A stretch of 55,007 nt of DNA from Guillardia theta CCMP2712 (Eukaryota; Protista; Cryptophyta), in NCBI RefSeq assembly GCF_000315625.1, contig NW_005434620.1, positions 431,156 to 486,162 of the forward strand, read 5' to 3'. A program made the translations under genes and the position numbers. The notes beneath the pieces were generated by a model, which was not told the origin of the DNA, did no database searches, and saw nothing but the letters and a program-made list of their open reading frames with translations. The first letter of the stretch is position 1. The number at the start of each line of letters is the position of its first letter. Shown here in pieces: positions 45,573 to 55,007 of this stretch.

Positions 45573-48500
45573 TTATGCTTGTTTGCCGCGTGTTGACGAA
45601 AAAATAAAGAGAGTTTTTGACAACCTGAGGGGCGAGGACAGGTTTCATCTCCTCACCCAGCCAGCTTCTTCCAGTGCCATCACGGCAAGCTGCTGGATCG
45701 CTTCGCTCTGCTTGTGCTGCTCCATGCTCAGCAGCAGCAGCGGCATCCCGCCGTTGGCCGAGAGCTGCGCCTGCCCGGCAGTGGAGGAAGATAACACCCA
45801 GAGGATGCAGCAGCCCGGCTCGATCACTTTCTCCTTCTCCATGTGCTTCTTCATCACCTGCATGACGACGGGGACGCTGCCGGACGTGATCAGTCTTTCT
45901 CCTCCTCTCTCGTCCTCGTTGATCAGGAGGCTCAGCATCGCCATAGCTTTGCCCACCATCTGGTCGTCCTCCTCGTGCGCCTGCAGCACTCAAGTCAGTC
46001 ATGAGGAGGAGGAGGGCGGGGAACGGCACACCTTCATCAGCTCCATCACCTCCTCCATCAGCCCTCCATCCATCAGCCGCACGGCGTTGGAGGATGTGAC
46101 CAACGCCTCTAGCCCCTCGCAGATCACCCCGCACATGTCTCCATCCTCGCCGTAAGTCTTCCCAGTCTCCAGCAGCTTCCTGTGCAAGCCCAGCTCGACC
46201 ATCGAATCCTTCATCATCTCCTCCCTCTGCATCAGCTTCCGCAGGAACGCGATGCTACTCCGCGCAATCCTCTTGTCGGACGATCCCACGAGCTCCACCA
46301 GCATTGTGGTGACCTCCTTCTGCTTCAGCTCCGATGTGTCACAAGCTCGCTCCTCCACCAGCAGCGCCAGCAGTTCCATCGCCTTCTGCACCACGTCAGG
46401 GACAGATCGGTGCGTCTTGATCGCCGTCAGAGCATATCCCGTGCCCCTCTCCTTGCAGAGCTTCTCGGCATTAACGCTGGAGCCGCGGATGAGGGCGAGG
46501 AGGGCGAGGAGGCCGATCTCTTGCACCGTCACGCTGCTCCTGCTCAGCTTCAGGCCGTTGCAGACCAGCGCGATCGCGCGGGACCTGCCCAGCCACGACC
46601 TGATCTCCGGGTTCACCTCCGCCAGCCTGGCGAAGCAGGAGGTGATGTCACGGAAGATCCTCTTGCTCACTAGGAAGTTGGACAAGCAGACCACCAGCGA
46701 GTCGAGCGCTTGGTCGTTCAGGAACGCCGTGCTGATGAGGACAGGATCCTTCTCCAGCTCCAGAAGAGCAGCCAGGAGGCGCAAGCTCGCTTCCTGCACC
46801 TCGACTGCATCCGAGTGGAACCTGAGGGCCTCGAGGACGATGTCGAAGCCTCTCTCCTTGCAGAACTTGGAAGCTGCTTCTGCATTGTCCTTGATCAGGT
46901 TGACGATCGCCTTGAGCGCCTGGTGCTGCAGTGTAGCACTCCCGCTGTGGACTCGCAGAGCGTTCTTCAGGCATGCGATCGCTCCTAGCTCGCAGGCCTT
47001 CTCCTTCCCCTCGGGTGCATCCTGCGTCAGCGCCCAGATGGCTCCACTGCTCTGCAGCTGCACGTCCTCGTTGTCGATGTGATTGCTCATGGCCTCCATC
47101 ACAAGCTGGATGCCATCTTCCGCCACGATCCTCCTCGACACTGTTGGCCCGCACTGCGCAAGGAGGCGAAGGGCTTCGCATCCCTCCTCTTGCACGCTGG
47201 CATTGCTTGCATGCGTTCTCATGCCCTCGTAGATCATCTTCAGTCCCAACTTGAGGTTCGGCCCGGAGTCGTTGCCCTCCATGTTCGCCACTAGCTGCCT
47301 GGTCGCCTCGAACCATCCCATCAGATTTGTGCCCTCAATCTCAGCAGGCAGGGAGCGCGAGAAGCTGAAGCCTTGCTTCCCTGACTGCGTCTCCTCGCTT
47401 GAAGCCCCCGAGTAGACCGTCTGGTCACAGTTCAGGCTGTCGCTCGAAACTCCTTGTCCTCGGAAACCCGCAGACCTCAGCAGCGACGTGAGCTCTTTGT
47501 GGATGACTTCGAAACTTGGCCGCTCCCCAGCGTCATGGGAGAAGCAGCGATCGAGCAGATCTGAGAGGCTGGGAGAGAGGTCAGAGATGCCGTCAGGCTT
47601 CAGCTTGTCCACTGCCACTCGTCTTGCTATCTGCACCATCGTGAGCCCCTGCCATGGCTGCTTCCCCGTAGCCATCTCAAGGAAAGTGCAGGCGAAGCTC
47701 CACACGTCACTCTTGAAGCTGACGTGCTCGTCAAAAGCCTCAGGGGACGAGTAGTTTGGAGTTCCCTTGTACTGAGTAAGAGTAGCAATTGTCTTAGTGA
47801 TGGTCTGGGTGACCCCGAAGTCAGAGACAACCACGCTATCGGTCTCCTCGTCCCAGAGAATGTTCTCAGGCTTCAAGTCAAGGTGGAGCTTTCCCAGATG
47901 GTGAATACCCCACATGGCTCTGCTCACATCAATCGCATATCTGATAGCATCTTCTTCGGGAAGGACACCTCCTCTCGATTGTGCCACCTGGCGAAGGTTC
48001 TTCTGGTACAGCTTCATCACCAGGCAAGGTTCCCCGTTGTATTCGCTCACACCCAGCAGGCGGCAGACGTTGTCACACGAAGTCGTGAGATCTTGCATCG
48101 TCCGTAGCTCTGCTTCCATCGACTGCAGTTCGCCCGAGCATGAAGGCTTCGGCAGCATCTTCATAGCTACCCGCACATTGAACTTGGGATACTGCAGCTG
48201 AGCCGCCCACACGTCACCCTGCGCTCCTCTGCCGATAAGCTCGAGCCTTGTGAGGCGATCAGGCTGAATGCGCCAGAAGCTGTCCCTTTGCCACCTACGA
48301 ATCTCAAAGAAGTTGCGAATGGCCTTACGCAAGTTGATGTTCTCAACCACCCTCGGAATGCTGCTGAATTTCCCGCTCAGGGGACATTTCTTGCTTATCT
48401 TCAGCCATTTCTCGATGGCTACCCGCTCATAGCTCATCCCACTGTGCACTAGAAGAACCGGATCCACCATCACTTCTCTCGTGATGCCGCAGCAGAACTC

Positions 48501-48596
48501 CTCAGGAGCGTCATCCTCCGAGAACTCGGAGTTCAGTGCCACTGGCGCTGTTTCTGGTTGTTGAGGGGTTGTTTTGTGATCTACGTCGTTCTCCAT
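45573..48596 (-). CDS. U-box + Ser/Thr (TKL/KEG-like, non-RD) protein kinase + armadillo repeats
   Basis: U-box PEEFCCGITREVMVDPV...SYERVAIEKWL...CPLSG...NINLRKAI; kinase IGRGAQGDVW, VAMK, HLDLKPEN, SDFG, GTPNYSSPE, KSDVWSF; ARM-type repeats HxxxxxVQxxGCxAL. Confidence 0.93.
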
Positions 48597-49038
48597 CCGT
48601 GCTCTCAGCTGGACAGGCCAGCCTCAGCGATCCCGTCGTTTGCGCTGATATCGATTCGGGGCAGAACCCTGTCGAAGTGACTACCCTTGCAATGGGCCCT
48701 CGCACGAGTCTGGCTCAGCTCGCGATCGCTCACTTTTCAATTCACGCCACTCGCAAGCCGCCGATAATGAGGCTGGAATCTGCCTTGTAACGTGTTGTCT
48801 CCTCCTTAATTCCTGTCACCGACAAGTGTTTCACCTCCCTCCTATCCTTTGTTGAGCTCTTGTCCTCCGAATCCTTTATTGTCCTCGTGTCCTCCCCTGC
48901 CCTCCCCTGCCCCCTCCTTTCAATTCTCCGTGTATCATCTCCAATCCGCTCCGCTCCTCTCCTCTCCTCTCCTCTCCTCTCCTCTCCTCCTCTTCTCTCC
49001 ACCACAGAGCATGTGGAGGAGTTCGTCGTGCAGCTAAA

Positions 49039-50490
49039 GGGGTAGGTCTAAAATAATTGATCATAATCAAACAATATTTCAAATGATCGACAATATACCC
49101 GTCTTCTCCATAATAAAAATTGGGGTACTTGACAAATATTCAAATATTTGACCGTAATTTCAAAGAGAAACAAAGGGCCGAGAGTTTCCTGAGCTCCTGA
49201 GTTTGATAATATATATAATTAGAGAGTTTTTGGAGGGGGTAGGTCGGTAGAAATGTTGGGGGTGACCATGGTAAAAAGGGGGGTGCAGAAGAGGATATTT
49301 GTGGGTGGGTGTAAAACATGGGGGGTTCCTTGTTAAAAGGGGAGTAGTCCATAAAGCGTCAGGGTGGTATGACTGGACAGACCAGGGGGTAGGGTGATGA
49401 AGGGGACAAGCGGGGGTGTTTCATTAGAAAAAGGAGGAAACACACCAGGACAAAAGTTCTCGTTGGAGCAAGACATGGGGTGGGGTACATTTTAAATTGT
49501 TACAACATTTTTGAGGTACGAAACAACTACTTTTTAATTACGAAAAAACTTCTTTTCCATCTGTATCGTATCCCAAGTAGTCGTTTGTCACGAGGTCTCC
49601 GGCCACCGGGCCCGAGCCGACCCGGGCCGGAGTTGAGCAGAGCAAGGTCACCGGACTCAGGGAACTGACTATTGTGACCGGGTCCGCCCCAGAATTTTTA
49701 AAAACATTTTTTGGATGAGTTGTAGGGCCGGCCCCGAGTTTACCACATGGACGGAAGTAAAACTCAAAAAGTTGAATTCACGTCTAAAAGTAGATAAAAA
49801 TACTCTTATGATCTTAAAAATGGAACACATAGTGTACTGAATTCACCGACATCTCCGATAAATAAAACTACTTTTATATTATGAAATATTGTCTAGATCG
49901 AGACGGCTGAACTGTGAAATTTTCAAGGTAATTTGATAAAAGTTGATGATTTTGGGTAAATTTTCATTCTATAAAAACAAAAACACTTTTAGAAAGAAAA
50001 TTTGTACCATTATTGTGAACGAGCTTGACTACCCCTCGTTGAGTCTACTACCCTACCCCCCACGGTACTCATTTAAATTCACCCCACCCATGAAGTGATT
50101 TTCTACCCCCGTAAGATAGTGATTTTAGAGCAGGTCACATCTCAGTACCCCTCATATCTGTACCCTACCCCCACATTTCATCAAAGATACTGGTGGAGGA
50201 CCCTGCGTTTTAGATCCCTACCCAATCTTCGCCTTTCCATTTGTGAAGGTGGTATGTGGTTCTAGGTAGGGTGGGGTAGTGCTCTTGATGGGGTGGTGAT
50301 GGAAGGCTTATAGTCCTTGGAGAAATGGGCTACATTTATTCAGGGGTAGGGTGCAGAATTGTGTTCTTTCACCCCTTATTTCTCCTTGTGAAAATACCCC
50401 CTCTTGACCAACACAACAAAAAAGGACCCCTACAAGTGCTTTCAGCCTCCCATGTACCCCACTCCAGACTTCATGTCACCCCTACCCCTC
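49039..50490. promoter_or_regulatory. Large divergent-promoter island: GGGT-rich arm, CCGG-rich core (49599-49737), AT-rich spacer, ACCC-rich arm
   Basis: Roughly 40 GGGT/ACCC motifs counted by eye in AT-rich non-coding DNA. Confidence 0.55.
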
Positions 50491-50507
50491 CTCGTCTTTC
50501 GCGGAGA

Positions 50508-51352
50508 ATGCTGCACAATCCTGTGCACAACCGCAACTTGCATCATGCTTGGGCTCCCCTATTCCTCCCATCCCTCCCCAATTCTCTCTGTACTCCTCCC
50601 TCGTCCTCATCTGACTGCTTTCCCTGCTCCCCATCGATACCTGCTCTGTTTCTCTTGTACGATCTCAGTTGCAACCCACACATACTAGTATATTTTTGTA
50701 CCTGCTTGTCGCTTTCTCGAACATGGTCTAGCACTTGCCAGAATCAATCATTTAGAATGTTGGAACGATCTGAAGCCACTCTGCTTGCTTCGTTTGCATG
50801 TTTCCCGCACTTTTCTCACAGTAGTGACGTCACTGTTTCAGCGTTGCTCCTTTCCTTTGCTTTCACTCAGTGAATTGTGCAATCGTATCCTCAGTTTCAA
50901 TCCCCTCAATACTGTGGTCTGTAGATTAGTGCTATCATAGCTGTCTAGACGCCCACCAGACATCCTAACGTATCAACAAGAATATCGCTAAACTATTGGT
51001 TGTCATGTTCTCACTTTAAATTTATCAGGCGTCACCTTCACGTGTTGACTGTGCCCATTGGATTCGGCATTCGGCATCGAATATTTTCCACTGTGCAGGA
51101 GCTTGATTCGGGTTATCCTGGCTGATTACGAATCCCTGGGGTTTTCATTGCGCAAATACGAATTTTGCAAGACATTCTTTGCGTGACATAATGCGCCATC
51201 AGATCGCCTTCGCAGCTGCCATCATGGCAGCTACAGCTCTTTCAAGCGAGAAGTTCCGCCAGTATCTAGAGAAGGAGAAGCAGCATCTTTATCTCCCCAT
51301 GAGGGAAGAAAGCGAGGAGAATCATGGAATGTACCGTCAAAAGAAGAGATAG
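50508..51352 (+). CDS. Possible small single-pass membrane protein
   Basis: Tentative splice ...RISLNYW|SLIR|IAFAAAIMAATALSSEKFRQYLEKEKQHLYLPMREESEENHGMYRQKKR*; 5' exons are uncertain. Confidence 0.3.
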
Positions 51353-51552
51353 AGGAAACGCTTGACGTGCAGCTACGTTTTTTTTCTAAGGGTTTCTTTT
51401 GAAACAGCTCTTCTGAGAGATCTTGCTGGTGGATAATCCACGAGTTGTCTTTTGGTTGCGCTTGATTTTTGTACCATAAAAGTAAAACATTCGAAGTCGT
51501 TCCGCACTGTGTCGTGTTCTTGCATGGCCTGAATAGTGCTAACTCTCAAACA

Positions 51553-51719
51553 TCAAATACTACCAGGGTTGGAGATCAGACTCTGAGCATGCAGTCACAA
51601 GAGTGAAGATCACGAGCAGGAGCATGCTCACAAGGCGCGGAGTACGGCATCCCTTCCCTGCCAGAACGTCGCGCAAGGCTTGCTTAAGGACCTGAGGGAA
51701 TCGTAAGCAATGTGAGAGT

Positions 51720-51778
<59 letters not shown>

Positions 51779-53281
51779 GAGGGACCTGCACGTTGTAGTC
51801 GATGAGCCCTTGCCGCTCAAGGTTCTCTGCTCGCATCAGGCAGACCTGGAGGGGAGAACGTCATGGAGGGAGGAGGTGCGGAAGAAGCACCAGCGAGAGA
51901 TACTTGGAGACTTCGCGCATGTAGAGGACCTGCGATGGAGAGGGTGAGGTGGGAGGAGGAGGAGAAGGAGGAGGAGAAGGAGGAGGAGGAGGAGGAGGAG
52001 GAGGAGGAGGCAAAGGAACTGGAAGACTTGGAGGAGGACAAAGGAAGAGGAGCAGGTCGTGGTGGCTGCAGAAAGAAACCATCTCATTGTTGAGGGTTAT
52101 GATGGCAGCAGATTGCGAGTCGAAGGCAAGTACATCGCACTCCTCTCCCGCCTGTTGATCTCTCAACGAGGATCCCCCGACTAGTGAAGGAGTCGACCTG
52201 GCCGTAGATACACGAGACGTCCACAACCACGTCGAGCATGTCAGACGCGAGCTCGAAGGATTGAACGTCGACGGGCTGCGAGTCGGTGGCGATGTAGACC
52301 TGGGAAGGAGTGAGAAGAGGACTGGGAGAGGTTGCGATGATGCCTTGGTGAGCACGTCGAAGAGGAAGGCCTACACAGCATGTTAGTATGGAGTGGTATG
52401 AAGGGGAGAACCAACAGGAGAAAGCGAAGGAGGAGAAGCAGGGACAAGGAGGAGGAGAAAGAGGAGGAGGAGAAGCAGGAGGAGGACGAGGACGAGGACG
52501 AGGAGGAGAGAGAGGGGGCAAACAAGGCAGCGGGAGAGCGGGAGGGGTTCACCTTCTGAATTCTGCAGTTAGAGATCAGGATATCGAGCATGTTTTCGAG
52601 GGTGGCGAGGGAAGGCACGAGCTTCTGGACCACCTTGGAGACGTTCTCGTAGATGGAGTGATCGTAGATGGACGAGAGGTAGAAGGCAACGTTCGCCTCC
52701 TCAAGCCTCCTCAGGTTGAGCTGCTTCGTGACGTGGTGGGAGATGTCGCGCTGAAGGTCGAGCTTGCGCTCCTCCGACAGGCCGTCGACCTTGTGGACAA
52801 AGATCTCGAAGAAAATCCTCCTGTTCACCATGTACGCGCGCTCGATGGTCGCGATCAGCCTGGACAGCGCTGGGCCAAGCTCGTCCTGCGCGTCGAGGAC
52901 GAAGAGCAGCGCGCTGGCAGGGATGAAGACGCTCCTGTCGTCGGTCGAGAGCTCCTCGGGAGTGACGGAGCCGGCGAAGTCCCAGACCTTGAACTGGAGG
53001 ATGGAGCTGTGGTCAACGTCGTGCTGTACGGTCTTTACGGTGCTCTCGAGGAAGAGCGTCTCGTGAGGAGACATCTTGTGGAAGACGACCTTGAAGATGC
53101 TGGTCTTGCCGCTCCTCCTCAACCCCATGAGCAGGATGCGGGGACACTTGGATGCGCTGAAGCGAGAGGATGCCTCCACCTCCGATCCTCCTGGGGACCC
53201 TCGGCCAAGGAGGTCATGCGGGAAGGAGCTGGCCTGCGTGAGGGAGCCCTGGGGGGTGTCGTAGCCCCCTGCTGCCCTCAT
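51553..53281 (-). CDS. RRAGC: Ras-related GTP-binding protein RagC/D (Gtr2)
   Basis: [66 protein letters not shown]|VYIATDS...[27 protein letters not shown]|VCLMR...GLIDYNV. Confidence 0.96.
51720..51774. repeat. (AGC)n microsatellite in a RagC intron
   Basis: Perfect run close to the donor on the minus strand. Confidence 0.95.
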
Positions 53282-54104
53282 GCTGCTGGTTCAGGAGAGC
53301 ACAAAGACAGGAGGAGGGAAGAGAGGGAGAGGGAAGGGGGTGGAATGAGAGAGGGAAGGGGGGAGGGAAGAAGAGGAAGATGGATGGGAGGGGAGGGGGA
53401 GGAGCGAGCGAAGCGACAGCAACGGGTGAGTGATGGGGAAGGTGGGTNNNNNNNNNNNNNNNNNNNNNNNNNNNNNNNNNNNNNNNNNNNNNNNNNNNNN
53501 NNNNNNNNNNNNNNNNNNNNNNNNNNNNNNNNNNNNNNNNNNNNNNNNNNNNNNNNNNNNNNNNNNNNNNNNNNNNNNNNNNNNNNNNNNNNNNNNNNNN
53601 NNNNNNNNNNNNNNNNNNNNNNNNNNNNNNNNNNNNNNNNNNNNNNNNNNNNNNNNNNNNNNNNNNNNNNNNNNNNNNNNNNNNNNNNNNNNNNNNNNNN
53701 NNNNNNNNNNNNNNNNNNNNNNNNNNNNNNNNNNNNNNNNNNNNNNNNNNNNNNNNNNNNNNNNNNNNNNNNNNNNNNNNNNNNNNNNNNNNNNNNNNNN
53801 NNNNNNNNNNNNNNNNNNNNNNNNNNNNNNNNNNNNNNNNNNNNNNNNNNNNNNNNNNNNNNNNNNNNNNNNNNNNNNNNNNNNNNNNNNNNNNNNNNNN
53901 NNNNNNNNNNNNNNNNNNNNNNNNNNNNNNNACGAGGGGAGGAGAAAGGCATGGGGGAGGATGGGGGAGAAGAGTCAGAGAGGGTGGAGAAGACGATGAG
54001 GAAGGAGGGCATGAGATGATGACGATGAGGAGGAGGAGGAGGAGGAGGAGGAGGAGGAGGAGGAAGGGACTAGGTGAAGAAGAGGAGGAAGGAGGAAGAC
54101 TCAC

Positions 54105-54861
54105 GTTGTCAAGACTTGTACAGGCAAGATCCTCAGGAGGTCTAGCAAGGACGAAGGAGGGGAGGAGACCAAACTTGAGGTCGATGTTTCCTCCCGCGGC
54201 AAACTGACAGCAACAGTCAGCAGGCAGGAGAGGAGGAGGGAGAGAGAGGAGGAGGGAGGAGGGGGAGGGGGAATTCACCATAGCAACAATCTGTTTGGCT
54301 TGCAAGTTGGAGGAGGAGTGGAGAAGGTCGAAGGTTCTTTGACTGATCAGCATGCTGTTGTTGCCCGACTTCTTCTGCTCGGGCATGTCAGACCCTGTGA
54401 ACTCAGTCGAGGACACTGGGTAGGAGGAGATTTGATGATGGCATGACCGTATGGTTCAAGAAGAGGGAGGGGGAGGAGGAGGTGATGGTGGCAGCGTCGG
54501 GATGTAATGTGAAATCAGGACAGTAAGAACCAACGGAGGTTCAAGGACTGTGGGAGGGAGGGGAGGGAGGGAGGGAAGGAGGGAGGTAGCAGACCTCGAG
54601 TTCAGATGCGACTGAGACAGCTGATCCAACGGCACAGTACTTGGGCGTCTGATCCTCTTGGTCAGCAGCTGAACTTCGCCGCATGCCCTGTCTCCCTGTC
54701 TATCTTCCTCCTCCTTCCCGCCTCATTCTTTCCTCTGCACACTTCTTTCTCCTCCTTCGTCTCCTCGATGATCCTTTCCTCGCTCTCTTTCCGTTCCTGC
54801 AATCACCTGGCAGTTGACCACGAACGAAACGACTTCTCCAGCATGCACCCCAGCACTGCAC
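54105..54861 (-). CDS. Partial class III nucleotidyl (guanylate-type) cyclase domain, catalytically degenerate
   Basis: Exons 54807-54861, 54595-54687, 54279-54374 and 54105-54203 give CSAGVHAGEVVSFVVNCQ|GMRRSSAADQEDQTPKYCAVGSAVSVASELE|KKSGNNSMLISQRTFDLL...|FAAGGNIDLKFGLLPSFVL, compared with consensus IGIHSGPVVAGVVG..MPRYCLFGDTVNTASRMES....IHISE.TY.LL...G.I.VKGKG.M.TYWL. Confidence 0.75.
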
Positions 54862-55007
54862 CTGAATCAGATCGCAAGGAGGGGAAAGGGAAGAGGAGAA
54901 GGGCTGAGGGGGTTAAGGGGAGGAGGAAAACGAGCACGGGGAAGAAAAGAAGGGGGGGGGGGGGGGGGGGAGGGAGGAACGACGTAGGAGGAGACGAGAC
55001 CGGAAGG

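Noticed and set aside
49039-50490. Transposon or MITE in the AT-rich intergenic region
   Set aside because: No alignable terminal inverted repeats, target-site duplication or transposase seen; the symmetry is only at motif level.
51028-51140. Possible selenoprotein (in-frame TGA in C-U-L-C and G-A-U-F readings)
   Set aside because: A stop-free splice path exists, and I recognised no SECIS element or selenoprotein family motif.
53448-53931. N-runs (also 989-1088 and 42970-43069)
   Set aside because: Assembly gaps next to low-complexity tracts, not biological features; they limit the nearby gene models.
52388-54019. 543-aa plus-strand ORF
   Set aside because: RagC antisense plus an N-gap; not a real protein.
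33321-55007. Functional signalling gene cluster (CEP41, C2, histidine kinase, kinase, RagC, cyclase)
   Set aside because: These belong to unrelated pathways and such genes are abundant in protist genomes; there is no evidence of co-regulation.

Overview
Gene-dense, intron-rich eukaryotic nuclear DNA. Introns are mostly about 45-60 nt with a CTGAC-like branch site, some have GC donors, and some are inflated by microsatellites. There are three N-gaps. The style strongly suggests a cryptophyte alga such as Guillardia theta (inference). By manual splicing I reconstruct about 16 genes: an HxRLG/F-box-like right-handed beta-helix protein, mitochondrial dihydrolipoyl dehydrogenase, a PPR protein, a hypothetical protein, a signal-peptide ankyrin protein, a FYVE-lipase3-FYVE protein, a giant SAM/EF-hand/LRR protein, a secreted PQQ-propeller protein with nested phage-structural-like repeats, a beta-propeller/FN3 membrane protein, CEP41, an EF-hand/C2/ARM protein, a PAS-PAS hybrid histidine kinase with two receivers, a U-box/non-RD kinase/ARM protein, a possible small membrane protein, RagC/D, and part of a degenerate class III nucleotidyl cyclase. 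Most notable: (i) the first 15 genes strictly alternate strand, and most head-to-head gaps carry a shared GGGT(A/G)/(C/T)ACCC motif island, sometimes with a CCGG-rich core; (ii) a nested secreted protein built from phage-like repeats; (iii) a PAS-gene fragment plus a 50-bp inverted copy of a splice acceptor inside an intron; (iv) a cyclase domain lacking its catalytic Asn/Arg. Exon boundaries and termini are manual predictions. No rRNA, tRNA, CRISPR array or transposase was recognised.
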